From assembly GCA_964447745.1 (NCBI GenBank), contig CAYUTV010000002.1, positions 1-35,010 of the forward strand: a stretch of 35,010 nucleotides of DNA, read 5' to 3'. The translations under genes were made by a program, and so were the position numbers. This DNA is from an uncultured Planctomycetia bacterium. Lineage in GTDB: Bacteria; Omnitrophota; Gorgyraeia; 2-02-FULL-51-18. Of the stretch, positions 17,620 through 27,838 are shown one piece after another. How positions within the stretch are numbered: the stretch's first letter is position 1; every line of letters starts with the position of its first letter. The notes beneath the pieces are model-generated. The model had not been told where the DNA came from. It ran no database searches and saw nothing but the letters and a program-made list of their open reading frames with translations.

Positions 17620-18981
17620 GTGCGAAACCTGGACGAACTGATTCAAAAAGAAAAAGTGACTCCTCAGAATCTCGAAGCCGAGGTCGCCGTTCTGGGATCC
17701 ATGATGATTGATGTGGATGCGATCGGGCAATGCGTGCAGATTCTCAAAGCCGAGGCTTTTTATAAAAGTTCCCACCAGAAGATTTTTGCGGCCATGCTGT
17801 CTTTGTTCAATGAAAACAAAGCCGTGGATCTCGTGACGCTCACCGATTATTTGGAGAAACAAGGCCAGCTTGAAGAGACAGGCGGTGCGGGCTACCTCGC
17901 AGAGATCACGTCGTCCGTTGCGACGGCCGCCAACGTGATGCATTACGCTAGGATCGTCAAAGAAAAATACATCTTAAGACACCTCATCTCCAGCGCCACT
18001 CAAATTGTCACGGACTGCTTTGACACCACGCAGGACGTGGAAGCGCTTTTGGACCGTTCGGAAAAACTTATTTTTGACATCACGGGCCGCAAATTCGAAG
18101 GCGGCATCGTATCTTTCAAAGACATCATCCGCAAACAAATTGAAACCATTGACCGACTTTATCAGCGCAAAGAACACATCACCGGAATTCCCACGGGATT
18201 TCATGAATTTGATACGCAGACGGCCGGACTTCAACCCTCAGACCTCGTGATCATCGCGGCCCGTCCTTCGATGGGTAAGAGCGCTTTGATGACCTGCATA
18301 GCTGAACACGCGGCCATGATGGCGAAATGTCCCACGGCTATTTTCAGCTTGGAAATGTCCAAAGAACAGTTGATTCAGAGAATGCTCTGTTCTACGGCAC
18401 GCGTTAACGCGCACAAAGTGAGAACCGGTTTTCTCGCACAGTCCGATTGGCCGGCCCTCACTTCCGCAGCCGCCAAATTATCCGAAGCACCCATCTATAT
18501 TGACGATACGCCCGGTATCAGCATTCTGGAATTGAAAGCCAAGGCGCGCCGCCTAAAAGCGCAATACGACATCAAGATGATCATTCTCGATTATCTACAG
18601 CTGATGCGCGGCACCGGCAACTCGGAGAGCCGTCAGCAGGAAATCTCGGAGATCTCGCGTTCGTTAAAGGAATTGGCCAGAGAACTGCACCTGCCGCTCA
18701 TCGCGATCAGTCAGCTGTCGCGTGCGGTGGAATCGCGTACGGATCACCGGCCGCAGCTCTCCGATTTAAGAGAATCCGGCGCCATTGAGCAGGACGCGGA
18801 CGTGGTCGTCCTTCTATTAAGAGAAGAATATTACAACCCCACTGAGGAAAACAGGGGCAGGGCCGAGGTAATCATCGCCAAACAGCGTAACGGCCCGGTG
18901 GGATCGATTCATTTGGCGTTCATTCACGAATTTACGAGATTTGAAAACCTCGAACTTGTCCGCCGCGAAGAAATGCGCTAA
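17620..18981 (+). CDS. dnaB: Replicative DNA helicase DnaB
   Basis: 453 aa with PQNLEAEVAVLGSMMID, Walker A ARPSMGKSAL and ISQLSR. No intein is present. GTG start. Confidence 0.95.
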   Translation: MRNLDELIQKEKVTPQNLEAEVAVLGSMMIDVDAIGQCVQILKAEAFYKSSHQKIFAAMLSLFNENKAVDLVTLTDYLEKQGQLEETGGAGYLAEITSSVATAANVMHYARIVKEKYILRHLISSATQIVTDCFDTTQDVEALLDRSEKLIFDITGRKFEGGIVSFKDIIRKQIETIDRLYQRKEHITGIPTGFHEFDTQTAGLQPSDLVIIAARPSMGKSALMTCIAEHAAMMAKCPTAIFSLEMSKEQLIQRMLCSTARVNAHKVRTGFLAQSDWPALTSAAAKLSEAPIYIDDTPGISILELKAKARRLKAQYDIKMIILDYLQLMRGTGNSESRQQEISEISRSLKELARELHLPLIAISQLSRAVESRTDHRPQLSDLRESGAIEQDADVVVLLLREEYYNPTEENRGRAEVIIAKQRNGPVGSIHLAFIHEFTRFENLELVRREEMR

Positions 18982-19031
18982 AAGAGGGTTAGACAAGACC
19001 CCCTCCTTATGTTAAAGTAGGTCATTCATTT

Positions 19032-21335
19032 ATGAAGAAAAAAGCATCTTTTTTACTCCTTTTATTGAGCCTGTTCTTAGTCACAGGCCGGGCCTTCTCC
19101 GAAGAGTCCGATAAGCTCGTCAAAGCCGTCGAGACGCGGGGCAACAAAGCCGTCTCCAGCGCCACGGTTCTCTCCAAGATAAAAACACAGCCCGGCTCAC
19201 CGGTATCTTCCGCGGTTCTCAATGAAGATTTAAAGCGCCTTTACGGCCTCGGGTTCTTTACGGACGTTAAAATCGAACAGGAAGATTACGAGGATGGCGT
19301 AAAGGTCGTCTTTGTGGTTGTTGAAAAACCCGTTCTTTCGGAAATAACTATTGAAGGCAGTCGTCAGATTAAATCTGACCAGATTAAAAAGGAAATGCTC
19401 TCAGTGCTCGGCGATTTTGTCGACCAAAAGCGTGTTCGCGACGACGTTGAGTCCGTGAAACGGCTGTATGAAAAGAAGGGTTTTTCCGGAGCCAAGATCG
19501 ACAGTCAGCTGGATGTGGATCCTGAGACCAATCAAGCCATTCTGCGCATCCTTATCGACGAAGGTCAAAAAGTCCGCGTGAAGGACATCAAAGTCGTTGG
19601 AAATGCATCCCTCAAATCGGGCGAAATCATCAAGCGCTTGAAAACCAAAAAGATGACTTTCTGGGGCTGGTTCCAGTCCGGTTATTTAAAGGAAGAAGAA
19701 TTGATTGAAGACGTCGAGCGCGCCAAGGCTTATTATGACGAAAATGGTTTTAGCGATGCGGAAATCACGACAGAAATCCAACCCTTGGATGACGGCGGCG
19801 GTGTTGTTCTTATCATCCATGTAAACGAGGGCAAAAAGTACATCGTTGGAACCATCACGCTGAACGGCAATTCTATTCTGACCGAGGCGGACATATTGAA
19901 AGTTCTGTTAATGACAACCGATAAGCCTTTTTCACGCAGAGGGCTTCGGCTGGATGTCGCCAACATTCAAGATTTGTATTTTGAAAAAGGCTATCTCTCG
20001 GCCCAGATTCTCTCCGAATCGCTGTACAATGAATCCACGGACCGCGTGGACGTGAATTATGCCATTACTGAAAATGAACTTACCTACGTCGATCAGGTTC
20101 GTGTTCAGGGCAATGCAAAGACCAAAGACATTGTTATCCGCAGGGAACTGCGCGCTTATCCCGGCGAATCCTTTAGCGGCGCCAAGCTCAAGAGATCCAA
20201 AGAGAGATTGTATAATCTCGGATTCTTTGAAGACGTCCGTTTCGATACCGAGCCGGGTTCGGTTCCCAATTCCAGGGATCTCGTGGTGACGGTCAAGGAA
20301 ACCAAAACCGGCGAATTTAGTTTCGGCGGCGGTTACAGCTCTATCGACAACATCATCGGTTTCGTCCAGATTCGTCAGAAAAATTTTGATTGGCAGAATA
20401 CAAAGACATGGACCGGCGCCGGACAGGATTTTGGACTGCGTTTTGAAATCGGCAGCGTTCGCCAAAACGCGGAACTCAGCTTCACCGAGCCGTGGGTCTT
20501 CGGATACCCTTATTCTTTCGGATTTGACGTTTATAAACGCGATTTTGACCGATCGGGAAGCTCCGGTTATTTCTTCGATCAGGAAAAGACCGGTTTTGAT
20601 TTGCGCTTGGGCAAGGAATTTACCGATTTTGACAAAGGACTGCTCGTCTATCGTTTGGAAGAGGTCAAGATCTCCGATATCCGTGAAGATGCTTCCGCCG
20701 CGTTGAGAGCGGAAGAGGGAACCAATGTGACGTCGAGCCTGGCGTTAACACTCACTCATGACGAGAGAGACAATATCTACAATCCCACACGCGGTTATAT
20801 GGTCAGCGGAACGGGTGAGGTCGCGGGCGGACCTTTTGCCGGCGACAGAGACTTCTATAAGCTCACCGGCGTTGCGAGCAAATATTTCAAACACTTCGAT
20901 CAGAACGTCATGGAACTCAAGATTCGCGGCGGTCTTGCCGACGCGTATTCCGATTCGCCGAACGTTCCCATCTATGAGAGATTCTTTTTAGGCGGTGCCA
21001 ATACCGTTCGCGGTTACCGTGAGCGCCGCATAGGACCCCGCGATGAACAGAACAAAGAGCCCATCGGCGGCGAATCCTACTGGGTTTTCAACGTCGAAGA
21101 GACGTTTCCCATATTCCCCGATATTATCAAAGGCGCGGTCTTCTTTGACACGGGAAATGTGCATGAGAAACTGGAAGATTTCGGGTCCGGCAACATCTTT
21201 TCGGGCGTCGGCGCCGGTGTTCGTATCAAGACTCCCATCGGTCCGGTCAAGTTGGACGCCGGCTATCCTCTGGATGAAGTAGAAGGCGAAAAGAAAAAGC
21301 TTCGTTTCTATTTCAACATCAGCCAAGGATTTTAA
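19032..21335 (+). CDS. bamA: Outer membrane protein assembly factor BamA
   Basis: 767 aa. A signal peptide is followed by repeated POTRA-like segments, with V.GN motifs after the first repeat, then a C-terminal beta-barrel. The terminal aromatic signal is ...FYFNISQGF. Confidence 0.92.
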   Translation: MKKKASFLLLLLSLFLVTGRAFSEESDKLVKAVETRGNKAVSSATVLSKIKTQPGSPVSSAVLNEDLKRLYGLGFFTDVKIEQEDYEDGVKVVFVVVEKPVLSEITIEGSRQIKSDQIKKEMLSVLGDFVDQKRVRDDVESVKRLYEKKGFSGAKIDSQLDVDPETNQAILRILIDEGQKVRVKDIKVVGNASLKSGEIIKRLKTKKMTFWGWFQSGYLKEEELIEDVERAKAYYDENGFSDAEITTEIQPLDDGGGVVLIIHVNEGKKYIVGTITLNGNSILTEADILKVLLMTTDKPFSRRGLRLDVANIQDLYFEKGYLSAQILSESLYNESTDRVDVNYAITENELTYVDQVRVQGNAKTKDIVIRRELRAYPGESFSGAKLKRSKERLYNLGFFEDVRFDTEPGSVPNSRDLVVTVKETKTGEFSFGGGYSSIDNIIGFVQIRQKNFDWQNTKTWTGAGQDFGLRFEIGSVRQNAELSFTEPWVFGYPYSFGFDVYKRDFDRSGSSGYFFDQEKTGFDLRLGKEFTDFDKGLLVYRLEEVKISDIREDASAALRAEEGTNVTSSLALTLTHDERDNIYNPTRGYMVSGTGEVAGGPFAGDRDFYKLTGVASKYFKHFDQNVMELKIRGGLADAYSDSPNVPIYERFFLGGANTVRGYRERRIGPRDEQNKEPIGGESYWVFNVEETFPIFPDIIKGAVFFDTGNVHEKLEDFGSGNIFSGVGAGVRIKTPIGPVKLDAGYPLDEVEGEKKKLRFYFNISQGF

Positions 21336-21384
21336 TAAACAACGTTTTAACCTTACATCGTTTCAACAAGGAGGTAAGAAGTAA

Positions 21385-21888
21385 ATGAAAAGAGTGTTCA
21401 TTCTATTAGTGATGTTATTGATCGCGGCTTCACCGGCTTTCGCGGCCGCCGAAAAGCTGGGCTATGTGGATCTCGCGAAGATTTTCGACGAATACGAGAA
21501 GACAAAATCGTTTGATAAATCTCTGGAGACCAAAGGAACGTCCAAGCAGGCAGAGCGCGATAAAATGGTCGCCGAAGTAAAGAAACTTCGCGATGAAGCG
21601 GAATTGCTCGGAGCCAAGGCCAAGGAAGACAAACAGGCCGTGATTGATGACAAGATCAAAAAGCTGCAGGAATTCGACAGGGTCACACGCGATGAGCTGA
21701 GAAAAGAACGCGATACCATGGTCCGCGACATTCTCAAAGAAATCGAAGTAGTGCTCCAAGATTTCGGCAAGAATCAGGGCTATTCTTACATATTCAATGA
21801 CCGCGTTCTCGTTTATAAGAGTGAAGGAAATGATCTGACCACTCAGGTCATCAAGACCTTGAATGACTCCTACGCCAAAAAGAAATAA
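21385..21888 (+). CDS. skp: OmpH/Skp family periplasmic chaperone
   Basis: 167 aa. A signal peptide ([11 protein letters not shown]) is followed by [11 protein letters not shown] and a long charged coiled-coil region. It sits in the conserved bamA-skp-lpxD position. Confidence 0.8.
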   Translation: MKRVFILLVMLLIAASPAFAAAEKLGYVDLAKIFDEYEKTKSFDKSLETKGTSKQAERDKMVAEVKKLRDEAELLGAKAKEDKQAVIDDKIKKLQEFDRVTRDELRKERDTMVRDILKEIEVVLQDFGKNQGYSYIFNDRVLVYKSEGNDLTTQVIKTLNDSYAKKK

Positions 21889-22915
21889 TGACGCGGGAAA
21901 AAGTCTTAAGCTGAAAGAAATTTCCGAGCTGGTCGGCGGCAAGCTGGTCGGCGACGGATCGATTACAATTACCGGTGTAGCTGGGATCAAAGAAGCCAGG
22001 GAGGGAGATATTACGTTCCTAGTGAACGATAAGTATCTCCCTTTTTTGGATCAAACCTCGGCATCCGCCGTCATCACCCCCGAAAGAACCGTCCACAAAG
22101 CCAAGTCACTCGTGCTGGCGGAAAATCCTTCTCTAGCATTCAGCAAAGTCGCTTCTTTTTTCATTGATAAACCCGCGCGCATTGAGGGGATTCATCCCAC
22201 GGCCGTGATAGACCCTAGCGCTCAATTGGGCCGTGAGGTCTCCGTGGGCCCTCACGCGGTGATACGGGCAGGAGTTGTGGTCGGAGACCGTTCGACCATC
22301 GAGGCGAATTCGTTTGTCGGCGAAAAGAGTGTTCTGGGGCAGGACGTGTGGGTGTACCCCAATGTTACCATTCGTGAAGGTTCGCAGATCGGCAACCGCG
22401 TGATTGTTCACAGCGGCAGTGTCATCGGCAGTGACGGATTCGGTTACGAAACGGTTAACGGCAAGCCCGTAAAGATAGCGCAGGTCGGTTATGTACAGAT
22501 CGACGACGATGTCGAGATCGGCGCCAATGTTTGCATCGACCGCGGTCGTTTTCTAAAAACTTGGGTCCAGAAGGACGTCAAAATTGACAATCTGGTTCAG
22601 ATCGCGCACAACGTTGTTATCGGAAAGAACAGTATTATTGTCTCACAATGCGGTATCTCGGGGTCTACGGAGTTGGGAAGAAACGTAATAATGGCAGGCC
22701 AATCGGGGCTCGTGGGCCACATTCAACTGGGGGATAATGTGGTGGTTGGTGCTCGCTCCGGAGTGACGAAATCGGTACCCTCAGATGTTGTGATGCTCGG
22801 TAGTCCCGCAAAACCTATCTCGGAACAGAAGCGCTTATTTGCGTTGATTTCGCGTCTGCCCGAAATGTTCAAGGATATCACCGAAATAAAGAAGATTCTT
22901 AGTGGCAAAAAATAA
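21863..22915 (+). CDS. lpxD: UDP-3-O-acylglucosamine N-acyltransferase
   Basis: 350 aa with [16 protein letters not shown], hexapeptide repeats and GSDGFGY. The start is uncertain. ATG 21863 overlaps skp by 26 nt and no other in-frame ATG exists, so a non-ATG start near 21905 is possible. Confidence 0.9.
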   Translation: MTPTPKRNNDAGKSLKLKEISELVGGKLVGDGSITITGVAGIKEAREGDITFLVNDKYLPFLDQTSASAVITPERTVHKAKSLVLAENPSLAFSKVASFFIDKPARIEGIHPTAVIDPSAQLGREVSVGPHAVIRAGVVVGDRSTIEANSFVGEKSVLGQDVWVYPNVTIREGSQIGNRVIVHSGSVIGSDGFGYETVNGKPVKIAQVGYVQIDDDVEIGANVCIDRGRFLKTWVQKDVKIDNLVQIAHNVVIGKNSIIVSQCGISGSTELGRNVIMAGQSGLVGHIQLGDNVVVGARSGVTKSVPSDVVMLGSPAKPISEQKRLFALISRLPEMFKDITEIKKILSGKK

Positions 22916-23730
22916 TGGCTCTATTCCAAAAAACCATTCGTAAGGAAGGCACGCTGAGCGGTATAGGCATTCATACGGGGCTGATACATACCGTCATTTT
23001 CAAACCTGCGGGCGAAGATGAGGGGATCCGTCTTTTTAAGCACGGCCGTCCGGTTCCGATGGTCCGCGAATCCAGTATTCGTTGTACCGCCTTGGGCACT
23101 CGTGAGGACCCTGTGATGACCGTTGAACACGTATTGGCGGCCCTGCATGGGTTGGGGATTACGAATATAACCATCGACGTGATCGGCTCAGAAATGCCCG
23201 CGCTGGACGGCAGCGCATTACCTTATGTCAATTTTCTCCAGTCGCTTGAAATTGTTGAACAGAAAAATAAAACCAAGGTTTTCCAGTTAAGAGAGCCTAT
23301 ATTTATAGCGGAAAAGACCAAAGCAATCGTGGCGTTTCCTTCGGATGTTTTTCGTGTGGGTTATGTTTTGGATTATCCGCATCCCTTTTTATCCGGCCAA
23401 ACGGTTGATTTTCAAGTAAATGAGGAATTGTTTGAAACTCAGATAGCACCCGCGCGGACATTTTGCACGGACGAAGAAGTGCAGGTCCTGCGTGATCAAG
23501 GGTTCGGCCGCGGAGCCGACCCGGATAACACAATTGTGATATCGGCAAAAGGACCCTTGGGCGCTATCTTGCGTTTTCCCGATGAATGTGCACGTCATAA
23601 GGCGCTCGATATGATTGGAGATCTTTGTTTGACCGGTTTATCTTTGAAGGCGCGTTTTATCGGTATTCGCAGTGGGCATGCGCTGAACAATCTGATGGTG
23701 GAAAGAATACTCCGCGAAGCAGAAGCTTAA
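22915..23730 (+). CDS. lpxC: UDP-3-O-acyl-N-acetylglucosamine deacetylase
   Basis: 271 aa. QKTIRKEGTLSGIGIHTG and the C-terminal SGHALNN are LpxC motifs. The ATG overlaps the lpxD TAA by 1 nt. Confidence 0.9.
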   Translation: MALFQKTIRKEGTLSGIGIHTGLIHTVIFKPAGEDEGIRLFKHGRPVPMVRESSIRCTALGTREDPVMTVEHVLAALHGLGITNITIDVIGSEMPALDGSALPYVNFLQSLEIVEQKNKTKVFQLREPIFIAEKTKAIVAFPSDVFRVGYVLDYPHPFLSGQTVDFQVNEELFETQIAPARTFCTDEEVQVLRDQGFGRGADPDNTIVISAKGPLGAILRFPDECARHKALDMIGDLCLTGLSLKARFIGIRSGHALNNLMVERILREAEA

Positions 23731-23745
23731 TAGGAGACGAATTTT

Positions 23746-24189
23746 ATGAGTGTGAAACTTCCCATGGATGTCGAAGCAATTAAAAGGGTGTTACCGCATC
23801 GCGAACCTTTTTTGTTTGTTGACCGTGTTCTTGAAATAGGTGGGAACGGAATCGTGGGGACCAAGCAACTGACCGGCCAAGAAGACTTTTTTAAGGGGCA
23901 TTTTCCACAGAAGCCGGTGATGCCGGGCGTGTTGCTCATAGAGGCGATGGCCCAACTGGGCGCAATTTATGTTCTTTCACTGCCTGGAAATCAAGGTAAA
24001 CTGGCCTATTTAATTGCCATCAATAAGGCACGTTTCCGTAAAGTTGTGGCGCCGGGCGACCTGATCCGCATGGAAGTGACCACTCTCAAAATGAAGACAA
24101 GGATAGGTATTTGCGACTGTGTTTCCACGGTAAACGGGGAAGAAGTTTGCAGCGCAGAAATCATGTTTTCTCTGGGGGATTATGCCTAA
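23746..24189 (+). CDS. fabZ: 3-hydroxyacyl-ACP dehydratase FabZ
   Basis: 147 aa with LPHREPFLFVDRV and FFKGHFPQKPVMPGVLLIEAMAQ. Confidence 0.94.
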   Translation: MSVKLPMDVEAIKRVLPHREPFLFVDRVLEIGGNGIVGTKQLTGQEDFFKGHFPQKPVMPGVLLIEAMAQLGAIYVLSLPGNQGKLAYLIAINKARFRKVVAPGDLIRMEVTTLKMKTRIGICDCVSTVNGEEVCSAEIMFSLGDYA

Positions 24190-24997
24190 AATTCATTCAA
24201 GCTCCGAGGTGAACAAACAGGCGGAACTCGCCGAAGGCGTGGAGATAGGGCCCTTCTGCGTCATTGGCCCTCACGTAAAAATCGGCAAACAAACGATTCT
24301 TGGCTCTCATGTGGTATTGGACGGTCACACCACGGTGGGTGCCGGTTGCGAGATATATCGCGGCGCCACGATCGGCTTGGCCGCTCAGGACAAAAAATCA
24401 AAAAATCTTACCTCCTACGTCCAAATCGGAGACGAAAATATTATCCGGGAATTTGTCACCGTTCATTCGGGCAGCCAGGAAAACTCAAAGACCGTCATCG
24501 GCAACCGTAATATGCTGATGGCGTATTGCCACGTTGCGCATGATTGTCAGGTGGGCAATGACATTACCATGGCGAACAACGCCACGCTCGGAGGATACGT
24601 CACCGTGGAAGACCAGGCGGTGATAGGCGGCCTAGCGGCATTCCACCAATTTGTGAGAGTCGGAAAACTGGCCATGGTAGGCGGATTGGCCAAAGTTGTA
24701 CAGGACGTCCTGCCTTTCACGATCTGCGACGGGAATCCCGCGAAGATGGTGGGGCTCAACCTCGTGGGACTGAAGCGTAAGGGGTTCAGTTCCGAGCAGC
24801 GCATTGAAATGAAAAAGGTTTTTGCGGATCTATTGTCCTCCGGCCTTTCGCTGGAAGAAGCCAAACGCGAACTAGCCTCAAACTATTCGAACAATGAACA
24901 TGTCCGCCACCTGCTCGACTTCATCGAGAACTCCAAGCGCGGATTTCTGCGCCGTCGGGCCGAAGAGAAAGCGGAAGACGCCGATGTCGTGGTTTGA
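24182..24997 (+). CDS. lpxA: Acyl-ACP--UDP-N-acetylglucosamine O-acyltransferase
   Basis: 271 aa. Hexapeptide repeats are followed by a helical C-domain containing VGLNLVGLKRKGFS. Overlaps fabZ by 8 nt. Confidence 0.93.
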   Translation: MPKIHSSSEVNKQAELAEGVEIGPFCVIGPHVKIGKQTILGSHVVLDGHTTVGAGCEIYRGATIGLAAQDKKSKNLTSYVQIGDENIIREFVTVHSGSQENSKTVIGNRNMLMAYCHVAHDCQVGNDITMANNATLGGYVTVEDQAVIGGLAAFHQFVRVGKLAMVGGLAKVVQDVLPFTICDGNPAKMVGLNLVGLKRKGFSSEQRIEMKKVFADLLSSGLSLEEAKRELASNYSNNEHVRHLLDFIENSKRGFLRRRAEEKAEDADVVV

Positions 24998-25808
24998 GCG
25001 TGACTCGAGTCCCTTGGGGCTTATCGCCGGAGAAGGGGATTTCCCGCTTCTTTTCGCGCAGGCGGCCTCTTCACTGAATAAACCCGTAATCCTGATCGGT
25101 CTGGCCGGCCATACGGACAGGCGCATTGAATCGTTCGTGAAAGAAGCTCATTACATCACTCTGGGTGCTCTGGCGGAGCTCGTCACGGTTCTCAAGAAAA
25201 CAAAAATTCAAAAAGTGGTTTTGGCCGGCGGTGTACCCAAAAAACAAGTTTACAACCCAGTTGGCATGGATCACGAGGCTAAAGAGCTGATTGTGAGAGG
25301 CCAGAACAAGGGAGATGACCATTTGCTTCGGGCGTTCAGCGTATTCTTGAAGGCGCGGTGCGGCGTGTCGGTGGTAGACTCCCGCATTTACCTCAAGGAC
25401 TCGATTGCCGCCAAAGGAGTGCTCACGAAGCGCCGTCCGACGGACGCGGAATGGAAGGATATCCGTTTTGGCCGCACGATCGCCAAAGGAATAGGTAAAA
25501 TGGACATTGGCCAGACCGTGGTGGTGAAGAACGGCGTGGTGTTGGCCGTGGAAGCCGTGGAGGGCACCGATCAGGCCATTCGACGCGGAGGCACTCTCGG
25601 AGCCGGAGGAGCCGTGGTGGTCAAAATGGCCAAGCCTATTCAGGATTTGAGGTTTGATTTACCCTGTGTGGGTCTGGATACCCTTGAGGCATTAAAATCT
25701 GTTCAAAGCCGGGTTTTAGCGGTAGAATCCAAGAAAACGTTAATGATACGTCTGTCCCAAATTATCGAGAGGGCCGACGCGGAAGATATGACTGTCGTCG
25801 GAATTTAG
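24984..25808 (+). CDS. lpxI: UDP-2,3-diacylglucosamine diphosphatase LpxI (DUF1009 family)
   Basis: LGLIAGEGDFPLLFA and MDIGQTVVVKNGVVLAVEAVEGTDQAIRRGG match the LpxI family as I remember it. I use the internal ATG 24984 (14-nt overlap with lpxA). The tracked 24894 start lies deep inside lpxA. Confidence 0.8.
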   Translation: MSWFERDSSPLGLIAGEGDFPLLFAQAASSLNKPVILIGLAGHTDRRIESFVKEAHYITLGALAELVTVLKKTKIQKVVLAGGVPKKQVYNPVGMDHEAKELIVRGQNKGDDHLLRAFSVFLKARCGVSVVDSRIYLKDSIAAKGVLTKRRPTDAEWKDIRFGRTIAKGIGKMDIGQTVVVKNGVVLAVEAVEGTDQAIRRGGTLGAGGAVVVKMAKPIQDLRFDLPCVGLDTLEALKSVQSRVLAVESKKTLMIRLSQIIERADAEDMTVVGI

Positions 25809-25812
25809 TTTT

Positions 25813-26496
25813 ATGGTTGGCAATATTCTCATCATCGGTGACCAGAACAAGCAGGGTCTGGAGCTTAAGGACGCTCTAAAAAAAGAGACCCACTTCGTTG
25901 TCCGTGTTGTGCCGATGAACGGACTTTCCGCCTCCGGTATTTCCGAAAAAGATCCTTCCCTCATTATTCTGAATCCCAAGAACCGCTATACCGAAGCCAT
26001 GGACTTGTATTACGCGGCGAAGAAAGAGGCCCAGTTACAGGATGTCCCGGTGGTTTTCCTGATCGACGAAACCGAAATGAAGAACGCCGATCTGCCCTCC
26101 GGCGTGCAGGAAGTGCTGTTCCGGCCGTTGCGTTTGTCCGAAGCGGTGGCGCGTCTCAAGCATCTCTTTAAAAAAGTTCACAAGGTCGACGAAAAAAATC
26201 TGATCCAACGCGGCAAAGTCAGCATCGATATCTCCAAGTATGAAGTGCGCATCGGAGATAAAAAAATCGATCTTACGTTCACTGAATTTGAATTGCTGAA
26301 GTTTCTCTGCTCCAATCCGGGGACCGTTTTTACGAGGGAAGTTCTTCTGAACAAAGTTTGGGGTTACGAATATTACGGCGGCACGCGCACGGTCGACGTA
26401 CATATCCGCCGTTTGCGGTCCAAGATTGAAGGCAGATCCGAAACATTTATAGAAACCGTGCGCAATATCGGTTATAAATTCATTTCCGAAGAATAG
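25813..26496 (+). CDS. OmpR/PhoB-family DNA-binding regulator with a degenerate (pseudo-)receiver domain
   Basis: 227 aa. The C-terminal winged helix is canonical (LTFTEFELLKFLCSNPGTVFTREVLLNKVWGYEYYGGTRTVDVHIRRLRSKIE). In the receiver, the phospho-acceptor position after beta3 reads LIIL-N54 (AAT 25972..25974) instead of Asp. The acidic pair is G9-D10. The beta4 Thr/Ser position is Ile (VVFLI). The beta5 Lys-Pro is Arg-Pro. Confidence 0.85.
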   Translation: MVGNILIIGDQNKQGLELKDALKKETHFVVRVVPMNGLSASGISEKDPSLIILNPKNRYTEAMDLYYAAKKEAQLQDVPVVFLIDETEMKNADLPSGVQEVLFRPLRLSEAVARLKHLFKKVHKVDEKNLIQRGKVSIDISKYEVRIGDKKIDLTFTEFELLKFLCSNPGTVFTREVLLNKVWGYEYYGGTRTVDVHIRRLRSKIEGRSETFIETVRNIGYKFISEE

Positions 26497-26506
26497 GGAG
26501 TTTATC

Positions 26507-27838
26507 ATGGCAGCGAAGAGCAAAGTCGCAGGCGTTTCCTCCAAACAGAGCAAAGAATTTGTTTTAAAAAAGGCGCAGGAAAATAATGTCCGGTTCATCC
26601 GCCTCTGGTTCTCCGATATTCTGGGTCAGCTGAAGAGCTTCGCGATCACGATCGATGAATTTGCCGAGGTGCTGGAAGAGGGCGCGGGATTTGACGGTTC
26701 CGCCATCGAAGGATTTGCGCGTAGCGACGAATCCGACATGAGGGCTTTGCCGGACGCATCCACGTTTCAGATCCTGCCGTGGAGGCCCAGAGAAAACGCC
26801 GTGGCCAGAATGTTCGCGGATATCGTGGACGTAAACGGCAATCCTTTTGTCGGCGACCCCCGTCAGTGTCTCAAAAGGCATCTCAAAAAGGCTTCGGACA
26901 TGGGCTATATTTTCTATGTGGGTCCCGAGATGGAATTCTTTTATTTCCAAAATCAAGACGGCACAAAAACGCTGGATAAGGGCGGCTACTTTGATCTGAC
27001 GCCTCTTGATGTGGCATCGGATCTCCGTCGCGAGACGGTGCTGACGCTCGAAGAAATGGGTATCGGCGTCGAATCAAGCCACCATGAAGCGGCTCCCAGC
27101 CAACACGAGATTGATTTACGCTACACGGACGCGTTGACGATGGCCGACAATGCGATCACCTATCGCCTGGTGGTCAAAGAGATCGCTCTGAAGAACGGTT
27201 TTTACGCGACATTCATGCCAAAACCGCTCAAGGGCGTTAACGGCAGCGGCATGCACGTGCATCAATCGCTATTCGACGGTGACCGCAACGCGTTTTATGA
27301 CAAGAACGACAAAAATCATCTGTCCAAAACCGCCAAGCACTACATCGCGGGTCTGCTCAAATATTCTCGTGAGATTTCCATCGTCACGAATCAATGGGTG
27401 AACTCTTACAAGCGTTTGACACCCGGTTTTGAAGCCCCCGTGCACGTGTGTTGGGGCAAAAAGAACCGCTCGTCCCTGGTCCGAATTCCCATGTACAAAA
27501 AGGGACACGAGAAATCTATTCGTTGTGAACTGCGTTCACCCGATGCGGCCTGCAACCCATACCTCGTATTCGCGTTAATGCTGGCGGCGGGACTCGAAGG
27601 AATCAAGCACCAGTACTCGTTACCGGAAGCCTTTGAAGGCGGAGACACCAAAGGGCTCGACATGCTTCCCATGAGTTTGGGGGAGGCCATCGCGATCGCA
27701 GAACAGAGTAAGTTTCTGAAAGACGCGCTCGGCGAACATATATTCCATTCTTTGATCGAGAATAAGAAGATCGAGTGGGAAAAATACTGCGCCGAGATCA
27801 CGAACTACGAGATCGAGCAGTACCTGCCTATTTTATAA
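26507..27838 (+). CDS. glnA: Glutamine synthetase, type I (alpha-like, no adenylylation Tyr motif seen)
   Basis: 443 aa with GFDGSAIEGF, GSGMHVHQSLF and NRSSLVRIP. The region where the NLYDLP adenylylation loop would sit reads KGLDMLPMSL. Confidence 0.95.
   Translation: MAAKSKVAGVSSKQSKEFVLKKAQENNVRFIRLWFSDILGQLKSFAITIDEFAEVLEEGAGFDGSAIEGFARSDESDMRALPDASTFQILPWRPRENAVARMFADIVDVNGNPFVGDPRQCLKRHLKKASDMGYIFYVGPEMEFFYFQNQDGTKTLDKGGYFDLTPLDVASDLRRETVLTLEEMGIGVESSHHEAAPSQHEIDLRYTDALTMADNAITYRLVVKEIALKNGFYATFMPKPLKGVNGSGMHVHQSLFDGDRNAFYDKNDKNHLSKTAKHYIAGLLKYSREISIVTNQWVNSYKRLTPGFEAPVHVCWGKKNRSSLVRIPMYKKGHEKSIRCELRSPDAACNPYLVFALMLAAGLEGIKHQYSLPEAFEGGDTKGLDMLPMSLGEAIAIAEQSKFLKDALGEHIFHSLIENKKIEWEKYCAEITNYEIEQYLPIL

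Noticed and set aside
18984-19005. A possible terminator hairpin after dnaB (GAGGG...CCCTC).
   Set aside because: The stem is only 5 bp, with a 12-nt loop and no U-tract. That is too weak to call.
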